Of a stretch of DNA of 64,000 nucleotides, positions 12,118 through 25,820 are shown piece by piece (positions within the stretch are counted from its first letter, which is position 1; every line of letters starts with the position of its first letter). Under the pieces are notes generated by a model. That model was given only the letters and a program-made list of their open reading frames with translations, was not told the DNA's origin and made no database searches. The stretch is taken from positions 125,550,001-125,614,000 of the forward strand of contig OZ024740.1 of NCBI GenBank assembly GCA_964016885.1. Direction: 5' to 3'. The position numbers and the translations under genes are program-made. The stretch is from Eledone cirrhosa (taxonomy: Eukaryota).

Positions 12118-13893
12118 AAAAAAAAAATCAATCTGTGAACGCAGAAGTTAATATTTTGAAAAACGTTGCAACCGAAGGAAAACAGGAAGACGATACTTTG
12201 GTTCGTGAAGAAGCTCCCTGGCAATGAACGGAAAAAAGCGGAGATAATACGTCGTTATGTGGATCGTTGAGAACAATTACACGCAAAGACAAAACCATGT
12301 TTATTGTATTAATGGAGACATTACACTAATATTCTACTTAGGAAACCGAATGATTCTCGGCTTCGGAGTTAAGAATAATGTAAATAAATTAGTTGAACGA
12401 TAATGACAGAGGTTACTAAAACCCTAAAAGTAATAATAATTAAATATATATATATACACACATCTATGTACGTACATACATGTGCATACGCGAAAACACA
12501 CGCTATGCATGCATATACATGCACGTACACATAAACACGCACACACGTACGTAAACCGGCGTGACACACATACCCGCACACATATGAACGTATACACCAA
12601 ATACACATATAAATATAAGTGTGTGTGTGTATGTATACATATAATATATATATATATATACTGAAAGAAAATGTGAACGTTAGAAAACGTTCTATACAGA
12701 ACATGTATAAGGAAAAGAATAAAAATGGGTTTGAAAAATACACCTAGTATATATATAAATGATGTTTATAACACGTAACAAAAATTGATGTATAGCAAAG
12801 CCTGCTTTCTCCATATTGGATTATCAACACACTTGTTATTAGGTTAAATTGTTTTTTTCTTATTAAACTCCTACATACTGATTCTCTACCATATTGGTTC
12901 GGGTAACTTCTGTCCTTGCTAAAGTAAGGGATACAACTGATTTTTTCATTGCTGCATATTGTGTAGAAAAATTATAATCTTTGGGAAGGGGCCTAACTCT
13001 ACATTCCTTTAGTGTTGAAAAATTACATCGCAAGTGAATTCAATCTAGATTTGAATTTTCTGAAAAAGATGTCTCTTTATTAATTCGATCTTGTTCTGTG
13101 ATATCATGTATACACACATACATATACATAAATTTGAAAATGCAAACAAATATGTGTGTGTGTGTGCAAGATAGAGAAGATCAGGAGTGTCAGAGAGAAG
13201 AAGAGAGGGTGTGAGAGAGAGAAAGAGACAATCCATGAATATGTATAAATTGAAATGATATATTAAACACACATATATATATATATTGAGGAAATGGTAA
13301 ACATTTGTTGCTGATAGTATGGATTTCTTTTTTTTTAAATCTGCATGTACAAGTGTCTGTTATAATAATTACACTAAATATAAGAAGCACCATTTTGACA
13401 GTTGTTTGTTCTAGAAGGCCAGTCATGTTGGTTAATCAATACACATTAGCCAGTATCCAATTCAAAAATTAAAGATGTATAACCACTGTTTATTTTATTT
13501 TTATTTTTTGTAATTTTTTTTCCTATTGATTAAAAAAAGAAATCATTAATGGACAAAAAACAATTAAAAAATTCAAACAAGGTTGTAGGATTAATTTTTT
13601 TTTTTCAGTTATTTATATTCCTATTTTTTGTTTAAAAATATTCTCTCACCACCTCTACTTAAGAAATTTTTCACAGGAAAGTTTTGTGTCTCACAAAAGA
13701 AGAATAAATAAGAGAAGAAAGATAAAAGGAAGGGGAAATGAATAAAGAACATAAATAAATAGATGCAAGTTGTATAAATGGTGCTGTGTTTTAAAAATAT
13801 TATGTGGAATGCTGAAGGAAAATGTGGTTGGGAGGGCTGGAAATGTATTTAGTGACTGCATCTTATTGTTATCAATATTAATTGTTATGTCAT

Positions 13894-13931
13894 TTTCTTC
13901 TTCTTCTTCTTCTTCTTCTTCTTCTTCTTCT
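13894..13931. repeat. (TTC)n microsatellite
   Basis: Directly visible. Confidence 0.95.
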
Positions 13932-15271
13932 TTAATTCATTCATTCATAGCATTTTGTGTTGTTTTGCTTTGTTTTAACAAAAGAATTATTGATGTATGT
14001 GCATTTTTAGAAATTAATAAATTGAAAAATACAAAAACAAATAAAAACAGGTTAAAAAAAACAAACAATATAAAAACACCCCCTATTTCAAAATTATAAT
14101 AAAAAAGAAAAAGAGAAGCTAATAACCTTATAAACTCATTACATTTAATTCTCTGCATGGCATAGGTGACCAAATATTCATTATTCCTGCCTCTTTTACT
14201 CTCATTCTCTTTTGCTTTCCTCTCCATTTTTTTCTTAGAAATTCTACTTCTTTTTCTCGCATCCTCTTTTTCTTTTCTTCTTGCATTTGCTCTCATAAAC
14301 CTCCCTCTCTTTAAAATTTGTGATTTTTCTCTTTCTCTTTCCATTTTAGATTCTCTCAAAATTTCTCACTTTCTTTCTCTCTATATATATATTTGTCGCT
14401 TTCTTTTTCACTTATGATCTATCTGGCTTTCATTCTCCAGCTCATACATACTTCTTCTCTTTATTTCCCTCTCTTTCCTTCTCTGTCCCTGCTTCGCACT
14501 TCCTTTTTCATGTTATCTTTCTCTTTCTCTTATTCACTTTTAACATACATTCTTTCTATATTTTCTTGTGCAACGTTTTATACTCTATTTCTTCCTACAT
14601 GTTTAACTATAAAATATATATTTCTTCTTCACATTTTCAACTCATTTCTTTGAATCAGTTACATAAGCTTCATAACAAAACAATCTAAAAGTTATGGCAT
14701 ATCGCATTAAGTTAATATTATCGAATTCAAATTGTTCAAATCTGGAGTGTGTTTAATCATTTTAAGAATTCACATATTTTCTTATCATGTAAACTGTAAA
14801 AATAGATCTTGTGGTAAATAATAAAGATAATGTGAGAATCACTTACTTTTAAAGAGTTGACATTTACTGTCCCTTTCCTCAATTTATTGAATTAGCAGAA
14901 ATATATTTACATGATAGCTTGCCCATCGAGAAATAATTCCCCAAACTCTCTTATATCACATCTTATCATCTTAAAATAGTAGGGATATATTAAATAATGT
15001 AAACTTAAATGCAGGTTTGATGGACGAATTGCATTATCTTCTGAAGTGCTACCTTCACTTACATACCTATCAAAATTTGAACACAGAATCTCATTTCAAT
15101 AAGATTTCTCCTGCAGCCCATGCCACAACTCATATGATTCTTCCCTTTAGTTTTGTGAATATGTAATTAATATATTCATGTCCTGCCAAGCAGTTTACAT
15201 AGAACATGTATTGTTACTTGAAAACTTAAAATGTTTGTATTAATTAGTTCAACATCTACAACCATTATTTC

Positions 15272-15399
15272 ATTATGGTCTGAGTTCAAATCCCACCGAG
15301 GTTAACTTTGCCTTTCATCCTTATGGGGTCGATAAAATAAAGTACCACTAATACACTGGAATAATTGCTGGCCTTGTGCCTAAAGTAGAAACAATTATT
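15272..15399 (+). mobile_element. tRNA-derived SINE family A, 5'-truncated
   Basis: GAGTTCAAATCCCACCGAGGTTAACTTTGCC...GGCCTTGTGCCTAAAGTAGAAAC. Confidence 0.8.
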
Positions 15400-15499
15400 T
15401 CTTTATTGTGATGGTCAGAATGGTGCAGTAGACGTTCTATGTCTATATACCAGTTACTATGGGCATAGTTTCTATTTACATTCTTCTTGTGTGTGTATA

Positions 15500-16535
15500 T
15501 ACACCCGCATTCAACCCTTTCCCCACCACCAGTATACTAACACCCCCTTTACCACACACACACCAGTACACTACACTCCCTCCACCTCCCCAACACCTTT
15601 TCTCTCCCTCTCCCTCTCCCCACTCCACCTACACCCCTTCACACACACACATCCCACTAACACCTTTACTAATACACACTGCATCCCCCAACATTACCCC
15701 CTCCCCACTCCACCTTTCACACCTACCCATCCTCTCCCCTGTCCACCGCACCTCCGCACACACAGACACACAGTCCTCACCACACACTGACTTTCTCCAC
15801 CTGTCATTCTCCTCTGCTGCTATCCCTTCATCCTGCCTTGACCCTTTGAGCACTTCCTGTTGCGCGCGCATGTTTCGAAAAAAAATCGCGAGTGTATGTC
15901 CGTGGGTAAATTCCTAAGGTAGGAATTTACCCACGGAAATACATTCACGATTTTTTTTCGAAACACGCCACCTACATCCACACCACGTATAAACACCAAC
16001 ACACACGTGCGTATCCCCACATATACACACTCAGCCTCCGGAATCCTCACCCCTCTGACCCCTCCCCATCCGCACACATTGACCTACACCCCACCCCACA
16101 CACACACCTTTTCCTGAACATGGAACCTCGTTCATCCCACCAACTCTCACATTCACATACACACACACACACGTACACCTACACACATACACAAACACCA
16201 CCTTCAACCCTCCCCGCTCGGACCCCCATCTCCGTCTCCCTACTCCATCCGCCACCACCCCACACGCCCTTCCACCACTTGTTTATCTTTGTTTATTTTT
16301 ATTTTTATTTGTACCCCTTCCACCGTTTTTTTCTCCCTTTTCTTTCCCCCCCTTTTTTCTAAATGTCTCTCCACCACTCCCCCACACACCCTCGGAACTC
16401 TCTTCCCACCCACTTTTCTCCTGAAGAAGAGCTTATGCCCGAAACGTCGTCCTCCCCACCCACTCTTAAGAGCGTGAACCTAATAAACCTTTGTTTGTAC
16501 TGCCTCTCTGTTTTGTTCCCGTCCCAGTTTTCACT
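15500..16535 (+). mobile_element. probable PLE-derived terminal-repeat remnant (C-rich) with minimal hammerhead core
   Basis: Strongly C-skewed block containing CTGAAGA-AGAGCTTATGCCC-GAAACGTC (16421-16448), then AATAAA and a (TA)/(TG) tract. Boundaries approximate. Confidence 0.45.
15871..15965. repeat. 46-bp-arm palindrome with 3-nt loop
   Basis: TGTTTCGAAAAAAAATCG...AAATTCCTA-AGG-TAGGAATTT...CGATTTTTTTTCGAAACA, 3 mismatches. Confidence 0.9.
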
Positions 16536-16625
16536 ATATATATATGTGTGTGTATGTGTGTGTGTGTGTGTATATGTGTGTGTGAGTGTGTGTGTGTGCA
16601 TATGTGTGTATGTAATATATATATT

Positions 16626-16760
16626 GTAGAAACCAAGCCCAAATCAGTTCTGTATGAGCAAGACATGGTCGCCTGACCTAACATTGCCCACAACAGAAAA
16701 ACTCATCTAACCCAAGCCAGCATGGAAAAATGGATGTAAAACGATGATGATCATGATGAT
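16626..16760 (+). mobile_element. RTE-type 3' tail fragment ending in (GAT)n
   Basis: TGTAGAAACCAAGCC...TCAGTTCTGTATGAGCAAG...GCATGGAAAAATGGATGTAAAACGATGATGAT matches the reverse complement of 60921-61065. Confidence 0.7.
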
Positions 16761-16797
16761 ATATATATATATGTAATATATGTATATATATGTGTAA

Positions 16798-16838
<41 letters not shown>

Positions 16839-18159
16839 GAAAAAATTAAGGAGCTCAACTGTCGGGGTCCTTAAATTTTTCATATTACCGACTCTACTAA
16901 CCCAAGTATCGAGTACTCTGGTGAGTAATGTTCTCACTGGTTTTTACCACCTCCAATCTGATATATATATCAGTCCTTTCGGTGTGGTAGGTTGTCAGCA
17001 TCTTAGTGATTAATGGGCAGGTCACAAGGCCTGAAAAACTTGATATGTTGATGAAAGCACATTTACTTTCCTATTTCAAATTTGTTATTTGTGTTCATTG
17101 TCTTCTTTCTCATCATCACCATCCTCCTCCTCCTCCTCTTCCTCCTCACCATCAACATCATCATCATCCTCTCCTTTTTTTCTATTGCTTCTTCTTTGAT
17201 AGTAGCATTGCTGTGATTATTTTCTAACATCAACATCATAATTATTATCCTCACCCCACCCTCACCATTTTCATCATCATTATTGTTATTATTATTGTGA
17301 TACAGTTTTGCTTTCTTATGTGAGAAACTTTTCATACCTTTTTGTTGCCGAATGCACACACATATATCATGTAGTTGGTCTTCATCATTACACACAAAAT
17401 TACTCCATTACCATCAGACATTTCCAAGAATTTCCTTAAGGTGTATAGAATCCATCATCTTCTGAAGAATATTTCAGGGTGCTATAAATTTTGGGATAGA
17501 GAGATATGCATGTGGGAATATAACTTATGCTGGCAAAATGTTGTGAATAAATGCTGCATGCTTATGGAATTCAGTTAGATTGCTATACAATCCTTAGCTC
17601 ACCCATTCAGAGATTTACTGCTAAGAGAACATCAGTGAAATACTATTGCATTATACTATTTTTTTTAATAAACTTTACTGATGATTATCTGTGTATAAAC
17701 TATCCTGAAATAGACTGTCAGTGATTAATCTGCATGTTTTTATGCTTTCCAACATAAATATTCTTGTATTATCCATCAGCCTTTTCCTGTTTCATGTGTA
17801 TATTCACAAATGAAGCTAGAGGTATAAACTGCCATTTCTTGTAATTTACATTGAAATATAGTATATAGGAGCATATATTTGGTTAATTTACCTTACCATT
17901 CAGCAAATTAGTGCATCCTTATGTGACATTGTCTCTTTTACATTACATGTGTACCCATAACTCCTGTTGGGATTGTAGGGTTGCTATATCGACAACAGCA
18001 TTTCTATGGCATTTTTTAAAACCCGGTGAAGACCATCGCCTCTCCAGGTCTGAATACAGTAGATTTCTCTCAGAGAAGGATAGAGAGTGAGAGAATGGAA
18101 GTGACAAAAATCTATAGAGGAAGAATCGACCCCAGTTCTAGACTTCTACATTTTCAGCA

Positions 18160-18282
18160 ACCTCAAATGAATGAAAGGCAAAGGTGACCTTGGCAGGATT
18201 TGAATTCAGAGAGCAGAGAGCTAGAATGAATACTGAAAAGCATTCTATCTGACGTTCTAATAACTCTGCCAACTCACTGCTT
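18160..18282 (-). mobile_element. old tRNA-derived SINE
   Basis: GAAAGGCAAAGGTGACCTTGGCAGGATTTGAATTCAG is homologous to family A. Confidence 0.6.
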
Positions 18283-18829
18283 TTATATGTATTGTAATAT
18301 AATATATTACATTTTAGTAATGCATCTTTTACATTACAGTATAGTATATGGCAATTAATTAACAGTTTTGTTAGAATATTGGACAAAATACATTATGGTA
18401 TTGTTCTAGATCTTTCTGCTCTGAGTTAACATACAAAAACACAGAAACATATAGAAAGTACCAGTTCTGTGCAGGTATAACTCTGTCTTTCACTGGGTCA
18501 AACAGGGGTGGTGACGGTTGTAAAGGTGTCTATGTTATGTCTACTTGTGATTATATGAAAACCTGAGCCCATTAGTGAAAGCATGATATATACTACCATG
18601 TCATACATAGTTTCAAGTGATGGCCATAATTTATATATATACATATTATATATATATATGTATTATATGTATGTTTGTATATATACATATATATGAAAAG
18701 TACCACTTCTTTACAGAAGTTGCACTGAACTGTCATGAGCCTGCGAATTACTCTGTAAAGCTGCCTCAATATTGCATATCTTTTAACAGATGTGACACAC
18801 ATAAGGCTGTTAGGTAGTATTGAATGTAA

Positions 18830-18990
18830 CTTGCTCCTTATGCACTCTCATATGCCACCTGAGCCATGCAGCAGACCTACAAACTTTGTTGCAAAACTGA
18901 AACAAAGACATCAAAATGATTGGGTCCGCATATGAATTTAATGAGTGTTCATACAATTTCCATCTGTCAAATCCATTTACTAGGCATAAA
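18830..18990 (-). mobile_element. old RTE LINE extreme C-terminus (C2H2-like finger remnant)
   Basis: FCNKVCRSAAWLRWHMRVH resembles the terminal zinc finger of BovB/RTE ORFs. Confidence 0.4.
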
Positions 18991-21849
18991 TTGAAATGAT
19001 AGTAGAAAACAGATACCACACAATGGAATTGAACTCAGAACTATGTAGTTGCAAATCAAAATTCTTAATCAGACAAATATGATAGATATGCTTTATATGG
19101 CAGATCAACAGGTTCTATTAATCAGACTTATCTTAGATACACTGCATGAAGGATAAAGTCTTAAAGTGGTGCCACAATGCAATGATCATTTCACTCTCAA
19201 AACTATAAAGTTATCCAGATCAAAACATTTACTGTTGAATATACTGTAAGCACACCCTCTGGCTGTGAAATGATTAAGGGCATACGATATTAGACAACCA
19301 ATCCATGTGGTATCCCTCTTGGTTGAAGAATAAATTTCCATAACCTGTTCATTTAACTGTGCAAAATGAGTAATACTAATTACTATAGATTAGCAAATTA
19401 CCCCGGAGAAATTATCCTAACTACTTAATGTTACTTGAATATGTGATTAAACATCAGCTAATGGACCTTTGCAGTTGAAGGACATATTATCATTTGCATT
19501 AGTAACAAATGTATTGTTTGAGTATGGTAGGCTGAATAAAATAAAATATAGACTACAAAGCAAATCTCGCAACCTCACTAGAAGTCTATGACACAGAGAT
19601 CTGCCATCTAAGAATAATCATGATGAAAGACAGTATTATATTAAGCTCTGTCACAACTTTCTTCTCCATCACTCCGTCTTTTTATTTCTTCCTCTCCAAT
19701 TTCACACTTTCATCATCGTTGATTTTAAGGAAAGTGTGATAGTTTTGTCAGGTCTCAACTACATCAATACATCATTGCAATGCAATGGCAAAATGCACGA
19801 GTGAAATATTTTCTGGCTATCAATGATGAATAGTTGAGTATAATTGTCTACTCAAGTGAATGCTTTTGGATAATTCCTTTCATCATAGGAAAGATTATTG
19901 TCAACAAAGCTGTATATAGTTATTTCTACTATAATTATGCCTGAGTACCTAGTATTATGAATTCCCTGACATTTTGAGATGTGCCTTTTATATCCTGTAT
20001 TAACAATATTAATAGTAACCTTTTAAGTGCAAATAAGGCAAAGGTGATCCTGGCAGGATCCAAATTCAGTTAAGTAAACCATTTAGTTGTAATTTAATGA
20101 ATTCAACAGCTTTCTCTGTAATGATCTCCATACTTACTATTGTATTTTCCCCTTGGTTTACAAAGTTATAGCAGTTAGATAGTATTTTTCACAAGCAAAC
20201 AATACAAGTTGAGGAGATACTTTTAGTTAAAATCCTACTGAAATATTTCTTGTATTATAACAGAATCAGAGATGGATATATCGGAGTGGAGGAGGGCTGA
20301 ATCCTTTGGGTCCTTCATCAAACAACCTCCTCCTCTCCAGATAGGGCTCTTTCTTCTCTCTCTCTCTTTGTGTGTGTCTCTGTCTCTGCTTATGTGTGCA
20401 TATATATATATATATTTGTGTGTGAGTGTGTGTGTGTATGTGTGTGCATGTCCTTGTGTGTGTGTTTGTTTTGGTATAAGAGGGACCCACCAAACCTGAA
20501 CTGCCCCAGGCCTTCCAAAGTCTATATCTGGTCCTGAATAAAAGCACCTAAAAAAATATTGATTAAAAAGGTATGGTGAAAGAATTGTACTCAGCCATCA
20601 ACTAGTCATAATACATATATACATGTGATCAAGACACTACTGTACTTAAATTTCTGTTTTGATTCTGCACTGGAAAATGAAGCCACAATAAAACAGTGGC
20701 TTATTTTATTGATGAATTATTTCATCTAAAAACATGACTATCAACATAATATTGAACTGACTTTTATTAATATTCAATTGTACTACTAATTTTTATCTTA
20801 TCAACCCAAGAGAGTCAGAATACAGAGTGAAGTCATTCAATGTTCATTTACTCTACTAGAAAAGTTGTACAGTATATACTATAATGTACATATTTGGTTC
20901 AGAACTCACATATCACTCTTAGATAAGCCACAGGAGACTGTTAAGTTCACAGGTTTTAGCTATGTCCTCTTAGCATTAATTATTTGAACCCATTCATTCA
21001 AAGCCACCTGAATGAAAGAATAATTTAGAAATTGCTACAGCAAAGGTTTTAAATAGTTGGACCATTACATCAAATTAACAGATGTGCAAAGAAATAGAAG
21101 TAATTGATACATTTAGTAATTATATGGTCTCGGTATATTTAATACATAGAACGTTAAAATAGTGAAGTCATATTTAGTGGTGTGAGCATAAATTTTCTGA
21201 TAGAAATATCTTATATTGCTCACTAAATTAAATATGTTAACATTAGCTTAACTATTATTTTTCAAACAGATACCGTTCCTGAATAATTATTTTCGGTGAT
21301 TATTGGTTTAAAATGAAATATGTGAGGAGAAAAAGAGGAAGGAAGAAGGAATGGATCTCTGTCAGTTTTGTCAATATGTGTTTCAGTTGAATCAATAGAG
21401 CAGCCTCTTTAGAAAATTAACATGCAAGTACAGTTTCTGTCTACCCAATTTCACTTGCAAATACCAAGGCAAAATATTTATTCCATTTTTCTTGTGATTA
21501 TGGAAGGTATCTCCAGACATAGCTGCTTTATTTTAGGCATCTCTAGAAAAGTATAAACTCACTACAACTTACCAATGTGGTTGCAAAAGAATGTTTAAAT
21601 AAATAAATTGAAATTTTTTATTTGCTGTCATAGAAAAGAAGTATTACTTAGAAAGTATAAAATTCAGAAAAGTTGTTTTCATGATAAACTCAAGGTAAAT
21701 GACTGCAAATAGTTTATTTAATGCATGATGGTGTTATAACGATAAAGTAAACTAAAAATATATAATTACCTATAACAAAGTTATTTTACATTTTTACTGT
21801 AATTTATGAGATAATTTAATCATCATTAGAATCAGTTAAAGTTAATTTT

Positions 21850-22640
21850 ATAGACTTCTGGAGATAGCTTGGGGACTCTTGAAAACAAGATATTTTCATG
21901 CAAGACAATTTAAAGAAGTTCAAAAGTGGCATAGCTTATATTTCAGATTTTTATTTCAAGTTTATTGAAATGAATTTACATTTGCTAAGTGATGAACCAA
22001 ATTTGAGAAAAATGATGGCTGTAATATGTGCATTTGCTTCAAAGTTTATTCCATTCAAAAACGACTTGGGGCAGTGCAAGATGAATTTTACCAGTCTCTG
22101 AGGCTTTCTGTACTCAAGAAAAAACAAAACAAAGGAAAATAAAACAGAAAGACACGATTACACTCAAGTCAATTGTTATCACTTGAAAACATTACATAAA
22201 GACTTCTCTGATGAATTTGAGGTTATTTTTTTTATTAAGATTCTAAATTCAATTTTAGATACATTTTCAAGTTTTCAGAAATTAATAAATCGCAGGAAAT
22301 CACAATGTCTTGAAAAAGTTTCATCGGTTATAAGGCAAAATGTTGAATGCATTGCACCTAATTGAAAGAATTAAAAACCAACAAAATGCTGAACCTTACA
22401 TTTATGAATTGGTAGCAGCAGTTCTGACTGCAACACTAAATTATAAATTTATATCCTGTTTAATGGGAAAAGTTGAGAAAACGTTCCTGCCTCCATTGTA
22501 ATATTTAGTTGAATGTGTATTTAATGTCATAACAGATTTTTTTGACAAGAAAGCAAAACTGTCTACAAATAGTGCTATGTGGTATTTACGACTGTTCCTT
22601 ATTACTATTGAGCTAGACGTGGAAAAGATTAGTCTCATTA
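21850..22640 (+). pseudogene. degraded hAT (Charlie/Buster, SCAND3/ZBED8-like) transposase C-terminal half
   Basis: IAYISDFYFKFIEMNLHL...AFASK and *YLVECVFNVITDFLTRKQNCL...LRLFLITIELDVEK resemble AYLADIF..LNL.LQG and SYLVERGFS..LL.KKRNRL. Confidence 0.65.
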
Positions 22641-24797
22641 TATCAGGCTTTTAATTCACATTAATAAAATCAAATAATTTTAGACACCTTTCTAGAATTG
22701 TTTACATACATATATGTACAAAAACAGTACAGGATTTCTGAAATACGTTGACTTTTGTATTTGTTTTTGCACATTTCAATCATTGGACTGTGGTCAATCT
22801 TGTATTGGTCTGATCAAATACAAGCATAGATATATAATAGGGATCATTAAAATACAATCACTATTTTATCAAACCACTATGTTGTGAGACTTAAACAAAC
22901 ACTGGTTGTAGAGCAATGAAGATGCACACACACACACACATATATTTACATGACAATCATCTGCATATTTTCCATCTACCAACTTACACTCACTAAGTAT
23001 TAGTCAGTATGAAACTATAATAGAAATAAGACCAAAGCCAAAAACCATGTAGTGGTAAACACATTTTTTTTACCATGCCTGCATCCATATATAAAATATG
23101 TTTCTCTGTGTACTGAAAAATAGAGAACAATCTGACAATCTGAATGCACACCCAGCCATGGTCGAATTTGTTTTTCAACCTTTTGGGGTTGTTGAATAAA
23201 ATACCAAAGATAGGGCTGTGAATTGGTGGAATTAATAGAGTATTGAACAAAATATCTTATAGTATGTTTTCAGTTTTTTTGTGTTTTAAGTTTGAACCCC
23301 ACCTAGGGATTACATTGTCACTGATATCCTTGTCATTGCTCTTCATGCACTGAGAGAAGTCATTGAGGTGGAACATGACATGCTATATTGCTGGCATCTT
23401 TTTGCTGGCATAGAGTACACTCAATAAAATAAATGGTGATAGAATGGGCATCAAACTATAGAAACCTTCCAATAAAAATGTATCTTGGTGAGATCTGATC
23501 TCCCAACCTGGCAAGGAGTACAATAATTCCATTCGCATACTGCCTTGGATTGCAACAACCTGTCAAACCCATGTCAATATGGAAAGCAAATAATGATGAT
23601 GATGACAATGATGAAGATTATGACCATGTTCATGATCATGATGTCAGGGCTTTTAAAATCCAAGAATCTAACTCTCACTAATTAAACTAGCAAAGGAATT
23701 TCAGAATCCTTAGAAAAATTCTTAATAATGAAGAAATGCCAACAACAATTAATGATTTGAAACCATTTGAAGCACACTATGAAGTCTTCATATATTTTAA
23801 GGCAATATTCTGAAAGTCCAAGTAATTACAAATTTCTATATAGAAATCCAACAACTAACTTCATATCTGCTTGCCAAAACAAGCCTTGCAATTGAAACTA
23901 GGTAGAGTGAAATGTATCAACGGTATCAAGTAGACTACCGGCACACTAAGACATGCTGATTCTGTTTAAGGAGGATTTTAAGGGTAGAAGAGTTTGTGGG
24001 ATATTCAGTAACTCACATACTAATTCAATAAGTAGATAGTTCAATTAATCAAATAATTGAAATATTCATTATAATCGATGCGTAATCTATTTACTATATA
24101 CATATGTACACTGTCTTTAGAAATTCACTTATAAATATAACTACCATAGAAAATTCACAAAATCAATTTTAGATTATTTTCACTGTACAAAGCCGGAAAT
24201 TTACAAAGAACTAGTGAGATTCAGATATATTTCTCAATGGTATTTTTGATACAACTAAACTGCAATGGTTTATACTTAGAATTGATAGCTCACTGTATAT
24301 TATTTAACATAATGAAGACAAACATTATAGTCAGCAATGCAAAAACAAAATATTAATAAAATAAGTATAAATAACACAAAAATTACCAACAAAATTAAAT
24401 AGGAGCACAACTTTAGCAGTGTCTTACCATGGCCAAAATCCCAATAGTTTGAACAAACTAAAGAGTTGAATATATGTATATGCATATCTTATTTTATTCT
24501 CAATTATTTTTCTGGTTTCAAACATTAGAAAATTGTCATGCCATACCATTATCTTCAAGCATGATTTAATCATATGAACTCCAGCATTGATTTCAATGTT
24601 TTATATTTTCCCATTGAAATTTGTTTATCGTATGGCTAAGATGCACTTCAACAAAAAAGGATAAAATTTAATGTATTGTTTAACACCAGTGTATGTAAAC
24701 ATGCACAACACCTGTGCACACATACACACACACCACATGTGTACACATACAGACACACTGTATATGTAACTACATGTAACTACTATATATATATGTG

Positions 24798-24858
<61 letters not shown>

Positions 24859-24874
24859 ATATATATATACATTG

Positions 24875-25480
24875 TTGTCAGGTCACCAGTTGGTGCTACT
24901 GGTAACATGTATCCCAGTACAACCTGTCTCCTGGTCGGGTCGTTGGCGACTAAACTGGCAACCCCACCAAGGTTTCTTGGTGAGGAGGGTGACTTTGGAC
25001 ATCCTGCAGGACTAAAAACAAAACCTGTCAAAGGGCAAAGGAGCTCTTAAGAGTCAATGGCCATCCAAAATCACCGGGAGAGATGACCCCTTAGCCTTTG
25101 TCAAGGCAGAATTCTAGGAGAAGGAAAACTCTGATATAACACCTGCAACTCTGATGGTATCCAATGATGTTGACTTGTTCTTCTTTTTGGTAAATATCAT
25201 CTTGGTTAAGAGAGTGGGACTGGCTTTGTGCAGTGCCTTTGCTCACTATAAAAGCTTCACGGCACAGGCATTGCTTTATATCTGGAGATCTCTCTGCACT
25301 TGCCGTCACATGGTACCATGGGCCCAGCACTATGTGTCAATAATTGTCACAAGTGCAGTGTTTGCACCAGAGTTTTCAAGTTGCTGGCTGGACTAAAAAG
25401 TCACACTCGTTCAGCGCATTGGTAGGAGTTCCCCTACATGGATATAAAGTAGTGGCCGTATTCGAAAACGAGTTGGCAGC
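24875..25480 (+). mobile_element. dispersed repeat, probably LINE (RTE-like) 5'-UTR-derived; copy 1
   Basis: About 510 bp nearly identical to the reverse complement of 36089-36599 and embedded in (TA)n. Contains GGAGAAGGAAAACTCTGA, reminiscent of RTE 5' UTRs. Family assignment is inference. Confidence 0.6.
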
Positions 25481-25484
25481 CACC

Positions 25485-25525
<41 letters not shown>

Positions 25526-25777
25526 CATATATATATATGTGTATATATATATATATATATATACATATATATATACAACCGAGCATTATAATAAATGTTC
25601 GGTGAATCCAAACATACATATATATATGTGTGCATGTATGTATATATATATACATACTACTGTACGTCTGTATACATATATGTATGTACGTATACATACT
25701 TATATTTACGTAACAGCCGTACTAAGAGTGAGAAATGAAATTTCGTTTCATTTTTTCCGTTCATATATATATATATA

Positions 25778-25820
<43 letters not shown>

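Larger units (their letters stand above)
9331..12650 (-). mobile_element. Penelope-like element 1 (partial tandem: pLTR, 5'-truncated ORF, pLTR)
   Basis: Diverged direct repeats at about 9331-9910 and 12050-12640 flank a minus-strand RT plus GIY-YIG ORF. Confidence 0.85.

Noticed and set aside
15459-16362. Pro/His/Thr-rich ORFs
   Set aside because: Products of C/CA-skewed low-complexity sequence with no recognisable domain.
18810-19019. Host C2H2 zinc-finger gene
   Set aside because: Single incomplete finger without linkers. Better explained as an RTE C-terminal remnant.
24880-24995. Twister ribozyme (hairpin-TAA-stem-GC and GAGGAGGG)
   Set aside because: The L4 loop motif and pseudoknot partners required for twister could not be placed.
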